Positions 22,274 through 30,535 of a stretch of 64,000 nt of DNA are shown in pieces. Within the stretch, counting starts at the first letter, position 1; every line of letters begins with the position of its first letter. The stretch spans positions 26,347 to 90,346 of the forward strand of contig JAIMKJ010000012.1 in NCBI GenBank assembly GCA_020692565.1, read 5' to 3'. The DNA comes from Thermomonas sp. (GTDB lineage Bacteria; Pseudomonadota; Gammaproteobacteria; Xanthomonadales; Xanthomonadaceae). The notes under the pieces were generated by a model, which was not told the DNA's origin, searched no databases, and was given only the letters and a program-made list of their open reading frames with translations. The position numbers were made by a program, and so were the translations under genes.

Positions 22274-22618
22274 ATGTCCAGGATTGAACTTGGTTGCCCT
22301 TCATGCTCGACCGCTGTTCTTCAACGACAACAGCGCCGAATGAATGGTTTTTTTGGGCTCCGATCTGTTCCTTGCAGCGGTTGTGGTCTGTTGCTGCAGT
22401 ATCACTCTTCACTTCTGCCTCGCCTGCGTTTCGGAGGCCACATATTCAGATTCGGGCTTCTGATCATTGCCGCATGGGTGACGCTGGAAGTTCTGGACGT
22501 GTTCTCAGCACGCGTCCTTGCCATTACCGCATGGACAGGCATCAGCGTTGTGCTGGCCGGTATTCTGTTGACCGCAACACGTCCAAGTTCTATCCGCGTG
22601 GAGGTCGTCAGCCACTAG
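22274..22618 (+). CDS. Cassette 4: zinc-ribbon plus two-TM hypothetical protein (114 aa)
   Basis: CPSC and CSGC pairs followed by two hydrophobic helices. Confidence 0.65.
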   Translation: MSRIELGCPSCSTAVLQRQQRRMNGFFGLRSVPCSGCGLLLQYHSSLLPRLRFGGHIFRFGLLIIAAWVTLEVLDVFSARVLAITAWTGISVVLAGILLTATRPSSIRVEVVSH

Positions 22619-22670
22619 TCAAGGCAAGGCTGAAAGCCGCAGCCGGGGCTCTTCGCAGAGATGTTCCCTG

Positions 22671-22710
22671 CGTCATCCCGGGTCCGCGCGTTGCACGGAC
22701 ACCGGGCTAC
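22671..22710. repeat. REP-like hairpin; related copy at 23286-23318
   Basis: CATCCCGGGT.CGCGCGTTGC...ACCGGGC shared by both copies. Confidence 0.55.
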
Positions 22711-22727
22711 GACTTGCGCGGTTGCCG

Positions 22728-22781
22728 TTGACGAGCCTTGATTGACACTTTTGAAGAGCACGGATCAATATCCGGCATCGC
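22728..22781 (+). promoter_or_regulatory. Promoter-like module, copy 2 (upstream of SnoaL-like gene)
   Basis: TTGACA at 22742 and CAATAT at 22766, same spacing as copy 1. Confidence 0.55.
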
Positions 22782-22843
22782 TTTATGGATAGCGCTGAAT
22801 CGGCGCGAGGCGCCATGAACCCCATCGAAGGTGAATCAACGCA

Positions 22844-23239
22844 ATGAACCCCCATCCGATCCAGACATGGCACCGGCTTGTCGCATCCGTCGATCCCTCC
22901 GGCCTGGATGAGCTCCTGGCCGACGATACCGTGTTCTTCTCGCCGATCGTCCATACGCCACAACGCGGCAAGGCGCTCGCAAAGGCCTATCTCGCTGCGG
23001 CTTTGCAGGTGTTTTCCAACCCGAGCTTTCGCTACGTGCGTGAGATCATCGGTCCCTCCGATGCGATGCTGGAATTCGAGACGGAGGTCGATGGGGTCCT
23101 GGTCAACGGGGTCGACATCATCAAGTGGAACGAATCGGGCAAGATCGTCGAGTTCAAGGTCATGCTCCGTCCGCTCAAAGCGATTGGACTGATCCACGAG
23201 CGCATGGGCGCCATGCTCGCGGCGAAGCACCCCGGGTAA
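22844..23239 (+). CDS. NTF2/SnoaL-like protein
   Basis: LLADDTVFFSPIVHTPQRGK, NGVDIIKWNESGKIVEFKVMLRPLKA. Confidence 0.88.
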   Translation: MNPHPIQTWHRLVASVDPSGLDELLADDTVFFSPIVHTPQRGKALAKAYLAAALQVFSNPSFRYVREIIGPSDAMLEFETEVDGVLVNGVDIIKWNESGKIVEFKVMLRPLKAIGLIHERMGAMLAAKHPG

Positions 23240-23526
23240 GGCCGAGGATCGCACCCTGGACTCTTCTGGGAGTTTGAACTTGCCCCATCCCGGGTGCGCG
23301 CGTTGCGTTTAACCGGGCGATGTCATCGCGCTCGCGTGAGCGCTGGCGAATGGCGTGCCGACCCGCGAAAGTCGTGAAGATGCGGCGAGGGTCCCGGCGA
23401 GTGGAATTGCGGTTCGGCGGCGTTGAATCCGATCCCGGATTGATCCCGAAGACCGTATTGCGCACGTAGCCGGCGACGAGCAAGCTCTTCCGCACAGGGC
23501 GCATGGGCCCATCGAGGACGGCGGTC

Positions 23527-24096
23527 ATGCAGACATCGTTCCAGAAGAAGCTCGCCACGATCGCGCAGGGCCAATACGACAGGTATCGCTTTCTGCGCGA
23601 GAACCAGGAGCCGCTCTCGACACAAATCAAGGCGTATTGGCGAGGCATCGGGCTGCCGTTTCCCGGCGTGGATGAGGCGTGGTCGGCGGTCTTCGTGTCG
23701 TGGTGCGTCAAGAATGCCGGGGCGACCGCTGCACAGTTCAAATTCTCGTCCGCGCATTCCCGCTTTGTCCACGCGGCAATCGCGAACGCGCAGTCCGGGA
23801 ATGGTGTTTTCCACGGGCGTCGCCCCTTGGAATACGCGCCTAAAACCGGCGACATCCTTCACAACAACCGTGCCGGAAATCGTTTCGACTTCGACTTCGC
23901 CAAAGCGAACAAGCAATACAAATCGCATTCGGCCATCGTCATCGAAGTCGGCACCGACAGTCGCGGCCGATATCTGCGCACCATCGGCGGCAACGAAGGC
24001 GATTCCGTCGGCATGAAGGAAGTGCGGTTGACGGCGCGCGGCCTGGTCAAGAACGGCGATGGCCTGTACATCGCCGTCATCGAAACGCTGCTTTGA
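23527..24096 (+). CDS. DUF2272 / CHAP-like putative peptidoglycan amidase
   Basis: AWSAVFVSWC, HSRFV, P..GDIL, SHSAIV, TIGGNEGDSV motifs. Confidence 0.7.
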   Translation: MQTSFQKKLATIAQGQYDRYRFLRENQEPLSTQIKAYWRGIGLPFPGVDEAWSAVFVSWCVKNAGATAAQFKFSSAHSRFVHAAIANAQSGNGVFHGRRPLEYAPKTGDILHNNRAGNRFDFDFAKANKQYKSHSAIVIEVGTDSRGRYLRTIGGNEGDSVGMKEVRLTARGLVKNGDGLYIAVIETLL

Positions 24097-24106
24097 GGAG
24101 AAGGCC

Positions 24107-24775
24107 ATGAAGCCCATGATCCAACGTGCGTTCCTGGCGCTGTTGTTGGCGACGCTGGGTGGTTGCGCGACCTTCCGCGGCGCCCCCGACCTGCCGTTCG
24201 AAAGCGGCAAGGTCTTCGGCAAAGACGAAACACAGAATGCGTTGAAGAAGCTTGCCTCCGGCGACCCGAATTTCGATGAGGCAACTCGCAATGAGCAGGT
24301 CATCAAACTCGTCGCCGCGATCGATCTGAGTTACGGTGATTTCAAGCAGCAGTTCATGGCCCAGCGCCAGCACGTGGGAAGTCTGTCCGACGCCTTGGTC
24401 CTGGCGATGACCGTTGCCGGGTCGTTGACAAATTCCGCAGGCGTCAAAGAGCACTATCTGCAAGGCATCGCATTGGTGCGTGGCGGAACCGAGAACTACG
24501 ACAAGAATTATCTGCTCACCCAGACGGTGCATGCGCTGGTCGCGCAGATGGATGCCAGTCGCAAACAGAAGCTGCAGGAAATCTACCAGAAGATGACCAA
24601 CAGCGATCTCGTGCAGTATCCGGCGATCGCGGCTTATAACGACGTGCTCGATTACTATCACGCCGGCACGGTGCTGGGGGCCATCCTTTCGATACAGGCA
24701 GACGCCAAACAGAAGGAAAACGAAGCGAACGCGTTGCTGAGCCCGATGCTGACTTCGGACAAGATCACGCGATAG
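24107..24775 (+). CDS. Hypothetical helical lipoprotein
   Basis: GAGGAG RBS 10 nt after the DUF2272 stop; lipobox LGGC; YP...DVLDYYHAGT motif. Confidence 0.8.
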   Translation: MKPMIQRAFLALLLATLGGCATFRGAPDLPFESGKVFGKDETQNALKKLASGDPNFDEATRNEQVIKLVAAIDLSYGDFKQQFMAQRQHVGSLSDALVLAMTVAGSLTNSAGVKEHYLQGIALVRGGTENYDKNYLLTQTVHALVAQMDASRKQKLQEIYQKMTNSDLVQYPAIAAYNDVLDYYHAGTVLGAILSIQADAKQKENEANALLSPMLTSDKITR

Positions 24776-24885
24776 GAATTGGCGTTTGTAGCGTGTGTTC
24801 CGCGGGATCGGTTTTCATGTTCGGCGATTCCGGTGCTGCAATATGCGCAGGACGCACGGCATGCAGCCCATCGATCGGTGCCGTC

Positions 24886-25311
24886 TCAACTCACCTGCGC
24901 GATCCAGTCCTGCAGGTTGTAGTGGTTCGTGACGCGCGCGATCCTGCCTTCATGGATGTCGAAGAACGCGCCGCCTGACAGCACGTACTTCTGGCCGTTC
25001 GCAGGCGGCAATCCGTCGTCGGCGACCAGGTATTCGCCATGCACGACATATTCGGCGGCGGCGCGGGCGCCGTCGGGCGAGGCCATCACCACGATGTCGC
25101 GCAGATGTTCGCGATAGCTGCGGTCCATGCGCGCGAGAAAAGCGGCGAAGGCGTCGCGGCCGGTTTCGCGCGTGCCCTGGTTGAGGTCGTGGGCCACGTC
25201 ATCGGTGAGGAGCGCCAGCATCGCGGCCCAATCGCCGCGGTTGAAGGCGGCGTAGTAGGCAAGGATGAGCGTGGTGGCGCGGTCGTGCGCGCGGGTACCG
25301 TCGATGATCAT
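24886..25311 (-). CDS. Ketosteroid-isomerase-related (SnoaL fold) protein
   Basis: YYAAFNRGDW..ML.LL..DVAHDLNQG, RITRVTNHYNL-like C-terminus. Confidence 0.85.
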   Translation of the reverse strand: MIIDGTRAHDRATTLILAYYAAFNRGDWAAMLALLTDDVAHDLNQGTRETGRDAFAAFLARMDRSYREHLRDIVVMASPDGARAAAEYVVHGEYLVADDGLPPANGQKYVLSGGAFFDIHEGRIARVTNHYNLQDWIAQVS

Positions 25312-25334
25312 GGGGGAATGCTCCAGGAAACGGT

Positions 25335-25994
25335 TCAGCGCGGCGACACGAACAGATCGCGATGGAAGAAATACACCTCGCTGAGCAGGAAACGCCAGCG
25401 CGTGTCGAAGCTGCGGTAGCGGCTGGTCGGCGTGGGCGAGCCGAGGCAGACGATGCCGACCTCGCCGCAGATGCGCAGCGCGCGCGACATGTGCAGCGGG
25501 TCGCTGACCACGACCGCGCGGCCGAGTTCGCGTTGACGCATCAGCGCCGCGGCCTCGCTGAGGTTCTCGCGGGTGTTGCGCGATACGGTCTCGATCATGA
25601 TCCCGTCGTCGGGCACGTCGCGGCGCAGCGCGTAGCGACGCCCGACCTGCGATTCGGCGAACCGCGCGCCGTTGCCGCCGAAACCGCCGGTGAAGATCAG
25701 GGTCGGCGCCAAGCCGCGTTTGTAGAGATCGATGCCGTGGCGGATGCGTTCCTCGAACACCGGCGACGGCCGCGCGTCGTAGGCAGCGGCGCCGAGCACG
25801 ATGATCGCGTCGGCGCGGACGCCATCGCCGGCGGCGTCGTCGCGCGCGCCGACGTGCATGATGTAGAGCGCCACGCCGCATAACCACAGCAGCAGCAAGA
25901 CCAGCAGACGCCGCAGCCAGCGGAACACGCCACCGCGCTTGCGGCGCTTCCCGGACGCGCGCTGGATCAACGGCGGTGGTGCGCCGCGACTCAT
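25335..25994 (-). CDS. YdcF/DUF218 family protein
   Basis: IIVLGAA, IFTGG, ETVSRNTREN, VVSDPLHMSRA. Confidence 0.88.
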   Translation of the reverse strand: MSRGAPPPLIQRASGKRRKRGGVFRWLRRLLVLLLLWLCGVALYIMHVGARDDAAGDGVRADAIIVLGAAAYDARPSPVFEERIRHGIDLYKRGLAPTLIFTGGFGGNGARFAESQVGRRYALRRDVPDDGIMIETVSRNTRENLSEAAALMRQRELGRAVVVSDPLHMSRALRICGEVGIVCLGSPTPTSRYRSFDTRWRFLLSEVYFFHRDLFVSPR

Positions 25995-26962
25995 GCCTGC
26001 GCTTGCCAGGGCAGGGTGTCGAGGTCGACATTCCCGCCGGAAATCACGATGCCGATGCGGCGCCCGGCGAAGCGGTCGCGATGGCGCAGCACGGCGGCGA
26101 ACGCGATCGCGCCCGAGGGTTCGACCACGAGTTTCAAGCGTTCCCACAGCAGCCGCATCGCTTCGACCACTGCGTCGTCGTCGATGACGAGGATGCCGTC
26201 GATGTGACGCTGCAGCAGCGCCAGCGTGCGCGGCGCGAGATGCCCGCGCAGGCCGTCGCAGATGGTGTGGGCGGTCATGTCGGTGATGCAGCGGTTTTCT
26301 TGCAGGGAGGCGTGCGCATCGGCCGCGCCTGCGGGCTCTGCGCCCCAGATCTCCAGATCCGGTCGTAGCGTGCGCGCGGTCAGTGCGCAGCCCGAGAGCA
26401 GACCGCCGCCGCCGACCGGCGCCAGCAGGGCGTCGAGATCCGGTTCGCTGCGCAACAGTTCCAGCGCCACCGTGCCCTGTCCGGCGATCACGTCGCTGTC
26501 GTCGAAAGGATGTACCGGATGCCCGCCGGTCCGGGCGACCAGCGCGTCCGCGGCGGCGACGCGGGCGGCCATCGTCGGCGCGCAGCGGACGATGGTCGCG
26601 CCGTAGCCGGCGATGGCTTTCAGTTTCACCGCCGGTGCGCCTTCGGGCACCACCACGGTCGCGGGCACGCCGCGCAGGCGGCTGGCCAGCGCGACCGCTG
26701 CGCCGTGGTTGCCGGAGCTCTGGGTCACGATGCCGCGTGCGGCGGCGGTGTCGTCCAGCGAAAAGATCGCATTGCAGGCACCGCGGAACTTGAAGGCACC
26801 GACGCGCTGCAGGTTCTCGCATTTGAAATGCAGTTCGCAGCCGGCGAAGTCGTCGAGCGATCGCGAACGCAGTACTGGCGTGCGCTGGGCATGCGGGGCG
26901 ATCCGGGCCGCGGCCGAAAGCACGGCGGCGAAGTCGGGCAACGGCGGTACGGCGGCGGTCAT
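25991..26962 (-). CDS. PLP-dependent serine/threonine dehydratase (serine racemase-like)
   Basis: KCENLQRVGAFKFRGA, SSGNHG, PVGGGGLLSG, VISGGN. Confidence 0.9.
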   Translation of the reverse strand: MTAAVPPLPDFAAVLSAAARIAPHAQRTPVLRSRSLDDFAGCELHFKCENLQRVGAFKFRGACNAIFSLDDTAAARGIVTQSSGNHGAAVALASRLRGVPATVVVPEGAPAVKLKAIAGYGATIVRCAPTMAARVAAADALVARTGGHPVHPFDDSDVIAGQGTVALELLRSEPDLDALLAPVGGGGLLSGCALTARTLRPDLEIWGAEPAGAADAHASLQENRCITDMTAHTICDGLRGHLAPRTLALLQRHIDGILVIDDDAVVEAMRLLWERLKLVVEPSGAIAFAAVLRHRDRFAGRRIGIVISGGNVDLDTLPWQAQA

Positions 26963-27149
26963 CCCGTCATCGTAACAGGCGGTACAAGTCGGCCCGGGTG
27001 CCGTTGGTACGGGTGTTCATGACCTGCGCCGTGCGACAGGGCGAACGTTGCCTCCGTCTTCGTCCGACGGGCGATGTATTCAAGCTCGGCGCGTGCTCCG
27101 GGCCGCGGTGGGAACGTCTTCGGCGCATGATGAAGGTGAGCAGCGATCT

Positions 27150-27165
27150 TGTGACGCAGATCGCA
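27150..27165. promoter_or_regulatory. Putative Clp/CRP binding site
   Basis: TGTGA-CGCAGA-TCGCA, 9 of 10 matches to TGTGA-N6-TCACA. Confidence 0.55.
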
Positions 27166-27307
27166 TCCTGTCCCGTGGTCGGGGGCATGAGCCGTGATTC
27201 ATCATGGCGTCAGAGCCTCTGACTTAAGGACACGTTCAATGCAGGGGGTAGATGCTCGATACTCCGACGGGCCGATGCCGTCGGCAACGATCACTCAGGG
27301 GTGCCCC

Positions 27308-28027
27308 ATGTTCCGTCTAGGTCTGCTTGCGACATTCTCCGCACTGATTCTGACCGGCTGCGTCAGTACTTACGCGTATCGCGGCGCTGATGGCGGGGAT
27401 TACTACTATTCCGAGCCCTCGGTGCAGTATCACGACGTCTATGGCGCACCGTACAGTTCGATAGGTTACGGCTATCCCGGCGGCTGGTACGGGAGTCTGG
27501 GCTTCGGGTTCGGCTACGGTCACGTCCCCTATTCGCGCTTCGGCTTCCCTTACCGCTACGGCAATTACCGCTACGGGTACCCGTATTCGTATTACCCCTA
27601 TCCACATCGCCGGCCGCACCATCCGCGCCCGCCGCACGTGACGCCCCCGGGCACGCCGCCGCCCGGTGTGATTGATCCGCCGCCCGGCAACGGCGGCCCG
27701 CAGATCGGCGATCGCGACCGCGAAGGCGGCCCGTGGCGTCATCTCGACCGGCGGCGTCGTCCCGAAGCGATTCCGATGCCCGGCAGTCCGCCCGCGATGG
27801 TGGTGCGGGACGATCGCCCGCAGCGGCGGATCATGGTGCCCCAGCCCGGGTTGCGGGTCGGCGGGGATGGGTCGCCCGGCGCGGTGCCGCAGGTGCGTCG
27901 CGCCCCGGTGTCAGCGCCCCAGCCCGCGGCGCAACCGCGGCCGCGCATGGAGTCGCCGCGGCCTTCGCCGCCCCAGCGCCGCATTGAACCGCGGGAACGA
28001 GAATCCCGTCGCGATACGACGCCCTGA
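27308..28027 (+). CDS. Tyr/Gly- and Pro/Arg-rich low-complexity lipoprotein
   Basis: Lipobox LTGC; GGDYYY; GY-rich segment followed by P/R-rich tail. Confidence 0.75.
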   Translation: MFRLGLLATFSALILTGCVSTYAYRGADGGDYYYSEPSVQYHDVYGAPYSSIGYGYPGGWYGSLGFGFGYGHVPYSRFGFPYRYGNYRYGYPYSYYPYPHRRPHHPRPPHVTPPGTPPPGVIDPPPGNGGPQIGDRDREGGPWRHLDRRRRPEAIPMPGSPPAMVVRDDRPQRRIMVPQPGLRVGGDGSPGAVPQVRRAPVSAPQPAAQPRPRMESPRPSPPQRRIEPRERESRRDTTP

Positions 28028-28109
28028 AAGCCCTTGCCAAGCGCCTGAATTGGTCGCAAGCTAAACCAGTCTGACCGGTTGCGTCGGAATCCGACGTATC
28101 ACGGTAAGA

Positions 28110-28440
28110 ATCGCCGACCCCCGGCGGGGAAATCCGGATCCCCCCTGTTCCGCTCCCCGTCGGGCGTCGGCACCTAAGTCAGTAAGGCGCGGCGCACCCG
28201 TGTCTTTCCGGGACGCCCGGAACCCTCCCTCTTGAATCAGATATCGAACCTCTCGGGTCGATGGTGATCATGGGCGATGCGCGCGACTGTTCCGGATCGC
28301 GGACATCGGCAGATGAAAACACGCAGACAAAAAAAGGGGCCGAATGTCCCCCGACATTCGGCCCCTGGCTCCCTCAACGCGCACGTGGCCAGCCCTGTTC
28401 CACCCCGGCCTGCGCTTTCGCGCATGCCGCGCTGAGTGCC
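28110..28440 (-). ncRNA. Candidate sigma54-dependent sRNA locus with three GGAACAG-loop hairpins
   Basis: No convincing CDS; sigma54 promoter, intrinsic terminator at 28329-28365, repeated loop motif at 28145, 28287 and 28395. Confidence 0.55.
28329..28365 (-). terminator. Intrinsic terminator of the candidate sRNA
   Basis: GGGGCCGAATGTC/GACATTCGGCCCC 13-bp stem followed by 7 U on the minus strand. Confidence 0.85.
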
Positions 28441-28450
28441 ACTTGAGATA

Positions 28451-28467
28451 AGCAGATTGCGTGCCAA
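28451..28467 (-). promoter_or_regulatory. sigma54 (RpoN) -24/-12 promoter
   Basis: Minus strand TTGGCACGCAATCTGCT with GG-N10-GC spacing. Confidence 0.7.
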
Positions 28468-28602
28468 CTTTGGCGCCGAACTCTCGGCGCCGCGGCTCAC
28501 CGGGAACGCCATTCGTTAGAATGCGGGCCAGACCCAAGGTGGCGCGATGCCGCGCGGCCCTCCCTCCAGGTCGCGGCAACGACTGCGACGACAGGTACCC
28601 AG

Positions 28603-30489
28603 ATGAACGACTTCTACCGCTTCGACGTGATCGTCATCGGCGGCGGCCACGCCGGCACCGAAGCCGCGCTCGCGTCGGCGCGCGTCGGCGCGCGCACGTT
28701 GCTGCTCACGCACAACATCGAAACCGTCGGCGCGATGAGCTGCAATCCGGCCATCGGCGGTATCGGCAAGGGGCACCTGGTCAAGGAGATCGACGCGCTC
28801 GGCGGAATCATGGCCCGCGCCGCGGACGCCGCCGGCATCCAGTGGCGCCGCTTGAATGCGTCGAAAGGCCCGGCGGTGCGCGCCACCCGCTGCCAGGCCG
28901 ATCGCGCGCGCTACCGCAGCTTCATCCGTCGCGCGGTGGAATCGCAGCCGGACCTGACCGTGTTCCAGTCGGCGGTCGACGACATCATCATCGAAGGCGA
29001 TGCCGTGCGCGGTGCGATCACCCAGACCGGCCTGCGTTTCGAAGCGCCCGCGGTGGTGCTGACCGCAGGCACCTTCCTCGCCGGCAAGGTCCACATCGGC
29101 GAGACCCAGTTCGCCGCCGGCCGCGCCGGCGACCCGCCGGCGACCACGCTCGCCGCGCGACTGCGCGAGCGCCCGTTCCAGGTCGACCGGCTCAAGACCG
29201 GCACGCCGCCGCGCATCGACGGTCGCAGCCTCGATTATTCGGTGATGGAAGAACAGCCCGGCGACGATCCGCGTCCGGTGTTCTCGTTCATGGGCAGCGC
29301 CGCCGATCATCCGCCGCAGATCTCGTGCTGGATCACGCACACCTCCGAGCGCACCCACGAGATCATCCGCAACGCATTGCACCGCTCGCCGCTCTACAGC
29401 GGCCAGATCGAAGGCATCGGCCCGCGCTACTGTCCGTCGATCGAGGACAAGGTGGTGCGCTTCGCCGAGAAGGCATCGCACCAGATCTTCGTCGAGCCCG
29501 AAGGCCTCGATGTGACCGAGATCTATCCGAACGGCATCTCGACTTCGTTGCCGTTCGACGTGCAGCTCGATCTGGTGCGCAGCATCCGCGGCTTCGAGCG
29601 CGCGCACATCACCCGCGCCGGCTACGCGATCGAATACGACTTCTTCGATCCGCGCGGGCTGAAGAATTCGCTGGAGACCAAGCTCGTCGCCGGCCTGTTC
29701 TTCGCCGGTCAGATCAACGGCACCACCGGCTACGAAGAAGCGGCCGCGCAGGGGCTGGTCGCCGGGCTCAACGCCGCGCGCCACGTGCGCGGGCTCGATG
29801 CCTGGTCGGCGCGTCGCGACGAGGCCTACATCGGCGTGCTGATCGACGATCTGATCACCCACGGCACCAAAGAGCCGTATCGCATGTTCACCAGCCGCGC
29901 CGAATACCGGCTGCAACTGCGCGAAGACAATGCCGATCTGCGCCTTACCGAGACCGGTCGCGGCCTGGGTCTGGTCGACGATGCGCGCTGGGAACGCTTC
30001 GCCCGCAAGCGCGATGCGGTCGTCGCCGAAACCGGGCGCCTGGGCGCGCTGTGGGCCTCGCCGAACAACGCGCTCGGCCGCGAGGCAGTGGCGACGCTGG
30101 GCATCGAACTCAGCCGCGAAACCCATGCGCTGGATCTGCTGCGCCGGCCCGAACTCGATTACGCCAAGCTGCTGAGCGTGCCGATGCTCGGCCCGGCGGT
30201 GGAGGATGTCGCCGTTGCCGAGCAGGTCGAGATCGAAGCGAAGTATTCCGGCTATCTCGCGCGCCAGCGCGAGGAGATCGCGCGCCAGCAGCGTCACGAA
30301 CACACCGGCATTCCGGAAGGTTTCGACTATGCGGCCGTGCGCGGCCTGTCGTTCGAGGTGCAGCAGAAACTCGAGCGTGTGCGCCCCGAAACCGTGGGTC
30401 AGGCGCAGCGCATTCCGGGCATGACCCCGGCGGCGATTTCGCTGCTGCTGGTGCACCTGACGCGCCAGCGCCGCGGCGCCGCGGCCTAG
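28603..30489 (+). CDS. mnmG: tRNA uridine-5-carboxymethylaminomethyl modification enzyme
   Basis: [61 protein letters not shown]. Confidence 0.98.
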   Translation: MNDFYRFDVIVIGGGHAGTEAALASARVGARTLLLTHNIETVGAMSCNPAIGGIGKGHLVKEIDALGGIMARAADAAGIQWRRLNASKGPAVRATRCQADRARYRSFIRRAVESQPDLTVFQSAVDDIIIEGDAVRGAITQTGLRFEAPAVVLTAGTFLAGKVHIGETQFAAGRAGDPPATTLAARLRERPFQVDRLKTGTPPRIDGRSLDYSVMEEQPGDDPRPVFSFMGSAADHPPQISCWITHTSERTHEIIRNALHRSPLYSGQIEGIGPRYCPSIEDKVVRFAEKASHQIFVEPEGLDVTEIYPNGISTSLPFDVQLDLVRSIRGFERAHITRAGYAIEYDFFDPRGLKNSLETKLVAGLFFAGQINGTTGYEEAAAQGLVAGLNAARHVRGLDAWSARRDEAYIGVLIDDLITHGTKEPYRMFTSRAEYRLQLREDNADLRLTETGRGLGLVDDARWERFARKRDAVVAETGRLGALWASPNNALGREAVATLGIELSRETHALDLLRRPELDYAKLLSVPMLGPAVEDVAVAEQVEIEAKYSGYLARQREEIARQQRHEHTGIPEGFDYAAVRGLSFEVQQKLERVRPETVGQAQRIPGMTPAAISLLLVHLTRQRRGAAA

Positions 30490-30535
30490 GCCCTGGCGCC
30501 GCTCCCACGGGTCGGATGGCGTACCCTTGGCCCCC

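Larger units (their letters stand above)
20928..22618 (+). mobile_element. Integron gene-cassette array without integrase (CALIN), about 4 cassettes
   Basis: AT-richer single ORFs whose stop codons sit in attC R'' boxes; two intact attC sites and one decayed; each cassette begins at a GTT core complementary to its own R''. Confidence 0.85.

Noticed and set aside
23527-24096. Xanthomonadales T4SS effector (X-Tfe)
   Set aside because: No C-terminal XVIPCD-like extension; the protein ends right after the catalytic domain
20819-24800. Integron integrase or transposase serving the array
   Set aside because: No ORF with tyrosine-recombinase or DDE motifs in any frame provided
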